Positions 8,382 to 15,822 of a stretch of 32,000 nt of DNA are shown here, piece after piece (position 1 is the first letter of the stretch; every line of letters starts with the position of its first letter). The notes under the pieces were generated by a model that worked only from the letters and a program-made list of their open reading frames with translations, searched no databases and was not told the origin of the DNA. Position numbers and translations under genes: made by a program. The DNA is from Cupriavidus necator (lineage in GTDB: Bacteria > Pseudomonadota > Gammaproteobacteria > Burkholderiales > Burkholderiaceae), in contig NZ_CP066018.1 in assembly GCF_016127575.1 (NCBI RefSeq), positions 1,110,001 through 1,142,000 of the forward strand, in the 5' to 3' direction.

Positions 8382-9260
8382 TCAGTGCTGGCAGTTCGGG
8401 CAGTAGAAGGTCGAGCGCTGGCCCTGCACGATCTGGCGCACCGGCGTGGCGCAGACCCGGCATGGCTGGCCGGCGCGGTCGTAGACCAGGCAATCCAGCT
8501 GGAAATAGCCGCTGGCGCCGTCGCTGCCGACAAAGTCGCGCAGCGTGCTGCCCCCGCGCTCGATTGCCTGTGCCAGGGTCTCGCGCACCGCCTGCGCCAG
8601 GCGGTCGCAGCGCGCGCGGCTCAGGCGCCCGGCCGGGGTGGTCGGACGGATGCCGGCGCGGAACAGGCTTTCGGACGCATAGATATTGCCCACGCCGACC
8701 ACGATGCCGCCGGCCAGCAGCACGGTCTTGATGGCGGCGCTGCGCCCGCGCGTGTGGCGGTGCAGCCAGGCGCCGTCGAAGGCAGGATCGAAGGGCTCGA
8801 TGCCGAGCGTGCGCAGCAGCGGGTGCGACGGCAGTTCAGCCTCGGGCAGCGTGCTCCACAGGATGGCGCCGAAGCGGCGCGGATCGCGGAAACGCAACAC
8901 GATGGTGCCCGGTTTGGTGCCCAGCGCGGCGCCGGGACCGGGGGCCAGCACCAGGTCAAGGTGGTCGTGCGCGCCAGGCGACGGCGCCTCGGGCAGCACC
9001 CGCAGCGTCCCGGTCATGCCCAGGTGGACCAGCAGCCAGCCGGCCGGCTCGCCCGCCGCCTCGCTCACGCATTCCAGCAGCAGGTATTTGCCGCGGCGCT
9101 CGATCCGGCGTACCACGCGCTGGGCCAGCCGCATTTCCAGTTGCGGATCGACCGGCCAGCGCAGGCCGCGGTGGCGCACCGTGACCGCGGCGATGCGCCG
9201 TCCCACCACATGCGGCAGCAAGCCGCGCCGGGTCACCTCGACCTCGGGCAATTCTGGCAT
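8382..9260 (-). CDS. mutM: Formamidopyrimidine-DNA glycosylase (MutM/Fpg)
   Basis: It starts MPELPEVEV (catalytic Pro2) with a GGAGAGG Shine-Dalgarno. It also has the H2TH region and the C-terminal zinc finger [25 protein letters not shown]. The track ORF extends spuriously to 9407. Confidence 0.94.
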   Translation of the reverse strand: MPELPEVEVTRRGLLPHVVGRRIAAVTVRHRGLRWPVDPQLEMRLAQRVVRRIERRGKYLLLECVSEAAGEPAGWLLVHLGMTGTLRVLPEAPSPGAHDHLDLVLAPGPGAALGTKPGTIVLRFRDPRRFGAILWSTLPEAELPSHPLLRTLGIEPFDPAFDGAWLHRHTRGRSAAIKTVLLAGGIVVGVGNIYASESLFRAGIRPTTPAGRLSRARCDRLAQAVRETLAQAIERGGSTLRDFVGSDGASGYFQLDCLVYDRAGQPCRVCATPVRQIVQGQRSTFYCPNCQH

Positions 9261-9332
9261 CGAACCTCTCCGTTGGTTACCGCTCAAAACTCCAGCGGCG
9301 CCTGCGGGCACCGGCCTGCGGCGCCAAGCAGC

Positions 9333-9357
9333 GCATTGTAGCGGCAGGCTACAATGC
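9333..9357. promoter_or_regulatory. Perfect 10-bp inverted repeat GCATTGTAGC-ggcag-GCTACAATGC in the mutM/TPR divergent region
   Basis: Each arm contains TACAAT when read outward, giving a possible back-to-back pair of -10 boxes for the two divergent genes, or an operator. Confidence 0.35.
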
Positions 9358-9414
9358 CCTTTATCAATGCGCTTTCTCTCATCCCTCGCCAGCGCGCGCC
9401 GGAGCAATCACTAC

Positions 9415-11370
9415 ATGTCGGACCTCATGCCGGACCTGATGCCGGACTCCACATTGCAAGCCACCGCGGGCGGCCTCCCGATCGCTTTTCCAGGCGCCGT
9501 TTCCCGCACAGCGCGCACGGCTGGCGCCCTGGCCCGGTTTTTCCAGGCGCCCCGCCGCCATGCGCGTGCGCTGGCCGCCTCGGCATTGCTGGCCCTGGCC
9601 GCCGGCACCAGCCACGCCGCGCCGCCTGCGGGCGCCATGCCATTGCCACCGGCACTGCAGCTGGCCGCGGCCGAAAGCGAGCGCCCCGCCGCCGCCAGGT
9701 CCGCACGCAGCGCGCTGCCGTCGCTGGAGCTGACCGACGACATCGTCTATATGGTGCTGGCCGCGGAGATTTCCATGCAGCGCGGCCTGGTCGGCCCGGC
9801 CTACCGGACCTACATGGAACTGGCCCGGCAGACCCGCGACCCGCGCTTCGCGCAGCGCGCCACCGAGATCGCCTTCAATGCGCGCATCCCGCAGCAGGCA
9901 CTGGACTCCGCGCGCCTGTGGAAGGAGATTTCTCCGACTTCGCCCGCGGCAGCGCAGGTGCTGTCGACGCTGCTGGTGCTCAACGGCCGCTGGGACGATG
10001 CCCGGCCCCTGCTGCAGCAACAGCTGGCGGCGGTGCCGGCCAGCCAGCGAGGCGAGGCCATTCTGCAGCTGCAGCAGCAGCTGTCGCGCACCAGCGATGC
10101 GGCCGGCGCGGCCACACTGCTGCAGGACCTGACCAAGAATGACGCCAAGCTGCCGGAAACGCAGCTGGCACTGGCGCGCGCCAGGGAAGTCGCCGGCGAC
10201 GAGCCGGGCGCGCTCGCCGCGCTCGACCAGGCATTGCGGCTGCGCCCGGGCTATGAAGCGGCCGCGCTGATGGCGGCCGAGCTGCGCGCCGAGAAGCAGC
10301 CCGACGAAGCCGTCGCGATCCTGAAGCGCTTCCTCGACAAGTCGCCCGATTCGGTCAACGGCCATATCACGCTGGCGCGGCTGTACCTGCTGCGCAACGA
10401 CATGCAGTCGGCCCGGCAGGAGTTCGAGACCCTGCGCAAGGTAGCCCCGGGCGACCCGCGCGTGCCGCTGGCATTGGGCCTGACCAGCCTGCAGGCCAAG
10501 AGCTACGGCGAGGCCGAGCAGTACCTGAAGGAATACCTGCAGCTGGTAGAGAAGCAGCCCACCGCCAACCCCGACATTGCCTACCAGTACCTGGCGCAGA
10601 TCGCCGAGGAGCGCAAGGACTACGCCGGCGCCATCCGGTGGCTGGACCGCATCGAGGACATCCGGCTGGCGCCCGCGGCGACCGCCAAGCGCGCACAGCT
10701 GCTGGCGCGCATGGGCAAGCTCGACGACGCCCAGGCGCTCTTCGGCGAGATGCTCACCGACGCCGAGGACATCTCCGATCCTGGCCAGCGCGCGCAGCGC
10801 ATGACCGCCATCCGCCAGGCCGAGGTGGCCACGCTGATGGAAAGCAAAGCCTATGACCGCGCCCGCAAGCTGCTCAACGACCGCATTACGGCCGAGCCCG
10901 ACAACGCCGACTGGATCTACGAGCTGGCCATGCTCGACGAGCGCCAGAAGCGTTACGACAGCATGGAGAAGGGCCTGCGCAAGGTGATTGCGCTGCAGCC
11001 GCAGCAGAAGCAGGGCTACAACGCGCTGGGCTACTCGCTGGCGGACCGCAACGAGCGGCTGCCCGAGGCGCTCAAGCTGCTGGAGCGCGCCTCCGAGCTG
11101 GGGCCGGACGATCCCTACATCATGGACAGCCTGGCCTGGGTCAAATTCCGCATGGGCGACCTGCGCCCGGCGGCCGACCTGCTGCGCAATGCCTATTCCA
11201 AGGCGCCCGAGGCCGAGATCGGCGCGCACCTGGGCGAGGTGCTGTGGCAGCTCGGCGAGCATGACGAAGCGCGCAAGACCTGGACCGAGGCCGTCCGCAT
11301 CGACCCCGAGAACGAGACCCTGGTCGACACGCTGCGCCGCTACAAGGTCAACGTGCAAGTGTCCAAGTAA
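9415..11370 (+). CDS. Periplasmic tetratricopeptide-repeat (TPR) protein
   Basis: The start is chosen at ATG 9415, with GGAG 10 nt upstream. Residues upstream in the 894-aa track ORF are antisense to mutM. There is a signal-like segment ALAASALLALAAGTSHA/AP. Recurrent Ala/Leu/Tyr helical repeats occur, e.g. GYNALGYSLADRNERLPEALKLLERASELGPDDPYIMDSLAWVKFRMGD. Confidence 0.8.
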   Translation: MSDLMPDLMPDSTLQATAGGLPIAFPGAVSRTARTAGALARFFQAPRRHARALAASALLALAAGTSHAAPPAGAMPLPPALQLAAAESERPAAARSARSALPSLELTDDIVYMVLAAEISMQRGLVGPAYRTYMELARQTRDPRFAQRATEIAFNARIPQQALDSARLWKEISPTSPAAAQVLSTLLVLNGRWDDARPLLQQQLAAVPASQRGEAILQLQQQLSRTSDAAGAATLLQDLTKNDAKLPETQLALARAREVAGDEPGALAALDQALRLRPGYEAAALMAAELRAEKQPDEAVAILKRFLDKSPDSVNGHITLARLYLLRNDMQSARQEFETLRKVAPGDPRVPLALGLTSLQAKSYGEAEQYLKEYLQLVEKQPTANPDIAYQYLAQIAEERKDYAGAIRWLDRIEDIRLAPAATAKRAQLLARMGKLDDAQALFGEMLTDAEDISDPGQRAQRMTAIRQAEVATLMESKAYDRARKLLNDRITAEPDNADWIYELAMLDERQKRYDSMEKGLRKVIALQPQQKQGYNALGYSLADRNERLPEALKLLERASELGPDDPYIMDSLAWVKFRMGDLRPAADLLRNAYSKAPEAEIGAHLGEVLWQLGEHDEARKTWTEAVRIDPENETLVDTLRRYKVNVQVSK

Positions 11371-11463
11371 CCCCGCCCGCCGCGACCCGCAGCCCGGGTC
11401 CGCGGCGCCGGATTTCCGTCAGCCGGCGGACGCCGCCGCGCCGCCGTTCTCACGACCAAGCCC

Positions 11464-12057
11464 ATGAACCGATCCCGACGCCTGGCGCTCTTCTGCCTTG
11501 GCGCCCCGCTGCTGCTGCAGGCGTGTGCCAGCGTGGCACCGTCGCGCAGCTTTGATGGCGACCAGGCCGCCGCCAGCCAGCAATACACCGGCCGCTTCTC
11601 CGCCAACTACGTGCGCTACGGGCGCGACGAAGGCGTGCAGGGAAGCTTCCGCTGGGAAGAGCAGGGCCGCAACGTGCGGCTGGACCTGGTGTCCCCGCTC
11701 GGCCAGACCCTGGCCGTGGTCACCGCCACACCGTCCGGCGCCACGCTCGACCTGCCCAACCAGCCGCCGCGCAACGCGCCAGAGGTCGACACCCTGATGG
11801 AGGAAGCGCTCGGCTTTGCGCTGCCAGTGGCCGGCATGCGCGACTGGCTGCACGGCCGCGCCACGCAGGGCGCGCCCGCGCGCACCACGCGCGACGAGCA
11901 GGGCCGGCTGGCCACGCTGGCGCAGAACGGCTGGACCGTGCGCTACGTCGCCTGGCAGGACGCAGCCGCCCAGGTGCCGCGCCGCATCGACCTGGCGCGC
12001 GACGCCGGCAGCAATCCGCTGTCGGTGCGCCTCGTGATCGATCCCCGGACGCCGTGA
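11464..12057 (+). CDS. lolB: Outer-membrane lipoprotein receptor LolB
   Basis: 197 aa with lipobox LLLQAC. Its size and its position directly upstream of ispE and prs match the conserved lolB-ispE-prs arrangement. Confidence 0.82.
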   Translation: MNRSRRLALFCLGAPLLLQACASVAPSRSFDGDQAAASQQYTGRFSANYVRYGRDEGVQGSFRWEEQGRNVRLDLVSPLGQTLAVVTATPSGATLDLPNQPPRNAPEVDTLMEEALGFALPVAGMRDWLHGRATQGAPARTTRDEQGRLATLAQNGWTVRYVAWQDAAAQVPRRIDLARDAGSNPLSVRLVIDPRTP

Positions 12058-12944
12058 ACCACGCCATGCATCGCAGCCAGCCCCTGCCCCCGCCCGAACT
12101 GCGCGACTGCCCCGCGCCGGCCAAGCTCAACCTGTTCCTGCACGTGACCGGCCGCCGCGCCGACGGCTACCACACGCTGCAGACCGTGTTCCAGCTGGTC
12201 GACTGGTGCGACACGCTGCATTTCCGCCGGCGCGACGACGGCGTGGTCGCACGCGTCACCGACGTGCCCGGCGTGCCGGCCGAGACCGACCTGGTGGTGC
12301 GCGCCGCGCGCGCGTTACAGGCGGCCACCGGTGCCACGTTCGGGGCCGACATAGCCATCGACAAGGTGCTGCCGATGGGCGGCGGCATCGGTGGCGGCTC
12401 GTCCGATGCCGCCACCACGCTGCTGGCGCTGAATCACCTGTGGGGACTGGGCCTTGCGCGTGCCGAACTGATGCGCATCGGGCTGGCGCTGGGCGCCGAC
12501 GTGCCAGTATTCGTGTTGGGCCAGAACGCCTTTGCACAGGGCATCGGCGAGGACCTGACGCCAGTCGAGCTGCCCGAGAGCTGGTTCGTGGTCATCCACC
12601 CGAAACAGCATGTCCCCACCGCTGAAATTTTTTCGGACGAGTGCTTGACAAGGGATACGCCGCTCTCCATAATTGCGGTCTTCGCTGCTCGCACAAACAA
12701 ATTCGATTTCGGTCGCAACGACCTGGAACCGATAGCAACAGCGAAGTTCGGCGAAGTCGCCCGAGCCCTGGCATGGCTGAAGCAACACAATCAGCATGCC
12801 AGGATGACCGGTTCCGGAGCCTGCGTGTTTGCGCGTTTTCCCGACGCAGCAACAGCGCAGCAGGTTTTGGAAAGGTTGCCTCCCGAATGGGACGGCAGGT
12901 GTGTGCGCAGTCTGGCACGTCATCCGCTCGCAGCGCTCGCGTAG
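12054..12944 (+). CDS. ispE: 4-diphosphocytidyl-2-C-methyl-D-erythritol kinase
   Basis: [19 protein letters not shown] and the GHMP-kinase motif [17 protein letters not shown] are present. GTG 12054 overlaps the lolB stop (GTGA); ATG 12066 is an alternative start. Confidence 0.9.
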   Translation: MNHAMHRSQPLPPPELRDCPAPAKLNLFLHVTGRRADGYHTLQTVFQLVDWCDTLHFRRRDDGVVARVTDVPGVPAETDLVVRAARALQAATGATFGADIAIDKVLPMGGGIGGGSSDAATTLLALNHLWGLGLARAELMRIGLALGADVPVFVLGQNAFAQGIGEDLTPVELPESWFVVIHPKQHVPTAEIFSDECLTRDTPLSIIAVFAARTNKFDFGRNDLEPIATAKFGEVARALAWLKQHNQHARMTGSGACVFARFPDAATAQQVLERLPPEWDGRCVRSLARHPLAALA

Positions 12945-13003
12945 CAAGTTTTCGTTCGGCGCGGTACGGCAGTCTGGTACCACGAAGAACGGCCCGGTTG
13001 TGT

Positions 13004-13080
13004 AGGGGAGTCGCCAAGTTGGTCAAGGCACCGGATTTTGATTCCGGCATTCGAAGGTTCGAATCCTTCTTCCCCTGCCA
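13004..13080 (+). tRNA. tRNA-Gln (anticodon UUG), CCA encoded
   Basis: Cloverleaf read by eye. The acceptor stem is AGGGGAG/TTCCCCT and the D arm is GCC-AAGTTGGTCAA-GGC. The anticodon arm is CCGGA-TTTTGAT-TCCGG and the T arm is GAAGG-TTCGAAT-CCTTC. The discriminator is G, followed by CCA. Confidence 0.93.
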
Positions 13081-13118
13081 TTACATTCCTATAGTGTCCT
13101 TACGGACTCTCTGTATCA

Positions 13119-13139
13119 GTCACCGGCTTTGCCGGTGAC
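13119..13139 (+). other. Perfect 9-bp hairpin GTCACCGGC-ttt-GCCGGTGAC between tRNA-Gln and prs
   Basis: The hairpin is seen directly, with no U-tract after it. It could be a tRNA 3' processing or termination element, or part of the prs leader. Confidence 0.35.
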
Positions 13140-13174
13140 ACCAAGCTCCCCCAGCAGCAAGACAGGTGCCCCGA

Positions 13175-14128
13175 ATGAGCAGCGAAGGCTTGATGGTATT
13201 TACCGGCAACGCCAACCCCAAACTCGCGGAGGCTGTCGTACAGCACCTCGGCATTCCCCTGGGCAAGGCGTTGGTTGGCCGTTTCTCCGACGGCGAAGTT
13301 CAAGTTGATATCCAGGAAAACGTTCGCGGCAAGCACGTCATCGTGCTGCAGTCCACCTGCGCGCCGACCAACGACAACCTGATGGAGCTGATGGTGATGG
13401 TCGACGCGCTCAAGCGCGCCTCGGCACGCAGCATCACCGCCGCCATGCCCTACTTCGGCTATGCGCGCCAGGACCGCCGCCCGCGTTCGGCGCGCGTCGC
13501 GATCTCGGCCAAGGTCGTGGCCAACATGCTGGAAGTCGCCGGTGTCGAGCGCGTGCTGACGATGGACCTGCACGCTGACCAGATCCAGGGCTTCTTCGAT
13601 ATTCCCGTCGACAACATCTACGCTTCGCCGGTACTGCTGGGCGACCTGCGCGAGAAGAACTACGGCGACCTGCTGGTGGTGTCGCCGGACGTCGGCGGCG
13701 TGGTCCGTGCCCGCGCACTGGCCAAGGAACTGAACTGCGACCTGGCGATCATCGACAAGCGTCGTCCCAAGGCCAACGTGGCCGAGGTGATGAACATCAT
13801 CGGTGAAGTCGACGGCCGCAACTGCGTCATCATGGATGACATGATCGACACCGGCGGCACGCTGTGCAAGGCCGCCCAGGTGCTGAAGGAGCGCGGCGCG
13901 CTGAAGGTCTTCGCCTACTGCACGCACCCGGTGCTGTCGGGTGGCGCGGCCGCCCGCATCGCGGACTCGGCGCTGGACGAAGTGGTGGTGTGCGACACCA
14001 TCCCGTTGTCCGAAGAAGCCGCCAAGTGCACCAAGATCCGCCAGCTCTCGACCGCCCCGCTGCTGGCCGAGACCTTCACCCGCATCGTCAAGGGCGACTC
14101 GATCATGTCGCTGTTTGCGGGTTCCTGA
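13175..14128 (+). CDS. prs: Ribose-phosphate pyrophosphokinase (PRPP synthetase)
   Basis: Motifs [37 protein letters not shown] and [13 protein letters not shown] are present. I preferred ATG 13175 over GTG 13166. Confidence 0.94.
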   Translation: MSSEGLMVFTGNANPKLAEAVVQHLGIPLGKALVGRFSDGEVQVDIQENVRGKHVIVLQSTCAPTNDNLMELMVMVDALKRASARSITAAMPYFGYARQDRRPRSARVAISAKVVANMLEVAGVERVLTMDLHADQIQGFFDIPVDNIYASPVLLGDLREKNYGDLLVVSPDVGGVVRARALAKELNCDLAIIDKRRPKANVAEVMNIIGEVDGRNCVIMDDMIDTGGTLCKAAQVLKERGALKVFAYCTHPVLSGGAAARIADSALDEVVVCDTIPLSEEAAKCTKIRQLSTAPLLAETFTRIVKGDSIMSLFAGS

Positions 14129-14211
14129 TAGAATTTAAGGCTTTACTGCGTTGATCGCCGTTTTTCGGCGATCAACGTGACTTGATCGGCGCATCATTTT
14201 CTGTTTGCGCC
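14126..14211 (+). promoter_or_regulatory. Candidate rplY promoter (extended -10 TGaTAGAAT) plus a structured leader with alternative pairings
   Basis: TG-a-TAGAAT at 14126-14134 overlaps the prs stop. A 12-bp perfect hairpin CGTTGATCGCCG-ttttt-CGGCGATCAACG lies at 14149-14177. A third copy, TTGATCGGCG (14182-14191), can pair with the hairpin's 3' arm at 9 of 10 positions. GGCGCA (14188-14193) can pair with TGCGCC (14206-14211). Confidence 0.4.
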
Positions 14212-14260
14212 GCAACGAGGCTGTCTGGTCGCGGACGGCCTTCTTACTTTTGGAGTCATC

Positions 14261-14878
14261 ATGAAAGTTGTCGCTTTCGAGCGTAGCGTACAGGGAACGG
14301 GTGCGAGCCGCCGCCTGCGCAATTCGGGCAAGACCCCCGGCATCATCTACGGCGGCGCCGCCGAGCCGAAGATGATCGAACTGGATCACAACGCGCTGTG
14401 GCACGCCCTGAAGAAGGAAGCGTTCCACTCGTCGATCCTGGAACTGGAAGTCGCTGGCAAGTCGGAACAGGCCCTGCTGCGCGCATTCCAGATGCACCCG
14501 TTCAAGCCGCTGGTGCTGCACGTAGATTTCCAGCGCGTGTCGGCCAACGACAAGATCCACGTCAAGGTGCCGCTGCACTTCATGAACCAGGAAACCGCTC
14601 CTGGCGTGAAGCTGGGCCACGGCATCGTCAACCACATCCTGAACGACCTGGAAGTTTCGTGCCTGCCGGCCGACCTGCCCGAGTTCATCGAAGTGGACCT
14701 GGCCGCCGTCGAGCTGAACCAGACCGTCCACCTGTCGGACATCAAGCTGCCGAAGGGCGTGACCGTGATCACCCACGGTGACGACAACCCGGCCGTCGCC
14801 AGCATCTCGCAACCGGCTGGAGCCGTGTCGGAAGCTGCCGAAGGCGGCGAAGCCGCTGGCGAAACGCCGGCTGCCTAA
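14261..14878 (+). CDS. rplY: 50S ribosomal protein L25 / general stress protein Ctc (long form)
   Basis: 205 aa, starting [32 protein letters not shown], with a GGAG Shine-Dalgarno. It sits upstream of pth in the conserved order. Confidence 0.93.
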   Translation: MKVVAFERSVQGTGASRRLRNSGKTPGIIYGGAAEPKMIELDHNALWHALKKEAFHSSILELEVAGKSEQALLRAFQMHPFKPLVLHVDFQRVSANDKIHVKVPLHFMNQETAPGVKLGHGIVNHILNDLEVSCLPADLPEFIEVDLAAVELNQTVHLSDIKLPKGVTVITHGDDNPAVASISQPAGAVSEAAEGGEAAGETPAA

Positions 14879-14918
14879 GCTGCAGCAGCGGTCGCGGCCT
14901 GCCGGCCGCGCCACGAAG

Positions 14919-14948
14919 AAACCGCCGCTTCTTGCGGCGGTTTTTTTT
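14919..14948 (+). terminator. Rho-independent terminator after rplY
   Basis: AAACCGCCGC-ttctt-GCGGCGGTTT with a T8 tract. Confidence 0.85.
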
Positions 14949-15029
14949 CGCCCGGCAGCCGTCTGCCGGTTTTTCGGTATCCTTGGCGCTTGTGGCGCAG
15001 CCTTGCGCGCCAACGACCCAGTCAAACGC

Positions 15030-15626
15030 ATGATCAAGCTTATCGTCGGCCTCGGCAATCCCGGTGCGGAGTACGAGGCCACCCGACACAACGCCGGCTT
15101 CTGGCTGGTGGACCAGCTGGCCCGCATGGGCGGCGCCACGATGCGCGTGGAAGGCCGCTTCCACGGCCTGGCCGCGCGTGCGCGGCTGTGGGACCAGGAC
15201 ATCTGGCTGCTCAAGCCGTCGACCTTCATGAACCGCTCCGGCCTGGCCGTGGTGTCGCTCGCGCGCTTCTACAAGGTCCTTCCCGACGAGATCGTGGTCG
15301 CGCACGACGAGATGGACCTGCCGGCGGGCGCGGCCAAGCTCAAGCGCGGCGGCGGCGCGGGCGGCCACAACGGGCTCAAGGACATCTCGGCCCACCTGTC
15401 CACGCAGGACTACTGGCGCCTGCGCCTGGGCGTGGGCCATCCGCGCAACGCGCCCGGCGGCGCCGGCGCGGGCCGCGAGGACGTGGTCAACTTCGTGCTC
15501 AAGCCACCGCGGCGCGAGGAGCAGGAAGCCATCGATGCCGCCATCGACCGCTGCATCGAGCCGCTCGGCCTGCTGGCACGCGGCGATGCTGAACGCGCCA
15601 TGGCGCAGCTGCATACCACGCGCTGA
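15030..15626 (+). CDS. pth: Peptidyl-tRNA hydrolase
   Basis: It starts MIKLIVGLGNPGAEYEATRHNAGFW, the canonical Pth N-terminus. The longer track ORF (from 14778) crosses the rplY terminator and is not credible. Confidence 0.94.
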   Translation: MIKLIVGLGNPGAEYEATRHNAGFWLVDQLARMGGATMRVEGRFHGLAARARLWDQDIWLLKPSTFMNRSGLAVVSLARFYKVLPDEIVVAHDEMDLPAGAAKLKRGGGAGGHNGLKDISAHLSTQDYWRLRLGVGHPRNAPGGAGAGREDVVNFVLKPPRREEQEAIDAAIDRCIEPLGLLARGDAERAMAQLHTTR

Positions 15627-15662
15627 CAAATACGCATATTCCTGCGACAAGCGTATGAAAAC

Positions 15663-15690
15663 GGGCCGCATCTGCGGCCCGTCGTGGTTT
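15663..15690 (+). terminator. Probable terminator after pth
   Basis: GGGCCGC-atct-GCGGCCC (7 bp) is followed by a weak U-tract (gtcgtggttt). Confidence 0.5.
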
Positions 15691-15719
15691 GGCGGCCCAA
15701 GACTGCTGTTGCAGACAAT

Positions 15720-15737
15720 ATGTCATCAAAGTGCCAT
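15720..15737 (+). promoter_or_regulatory. Pho-box-like site upstream of the phoX-like gene
   Basis: ATGTCAT-CAAA-GTGCCAT matches the consensus CTGTCAT-AWAW-CTGTCAY at 14 of 18 positions. A -10-like TACATT at 15748-15753 lies 10 nt downstream, which is the usual Pho-promoter geometry. Confidence 0.45.
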
Positions 15738-15822
15738 GGGCGGCACATACATTCCGTGGTTTCCAATCGCGTCGGTATCGCATGGTGGCCGATGCGCATG
15801 ACAACCCACAGGAGGAAAGCCC

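Noticed and set aside
8686-9414. N-terminal 243 residues of the 894-aa plus-strand ORF (the TPR gene extended upstream).
   Set aside because: This stretch is antisense to the well-supported mutM gene and is Ser/Arg/Pro-rich junk. A proper ATG with GGAG lies at 9415, after the divergent promoter region.
14778-15029. Upstream extension of the pth ORF (282-aa version).
   Set aside because: It overlaps the end of rplY and reads through the strong rplY terminator. The canonical Pth N-terminus MIKLIVGLGNPG begins at 15030.
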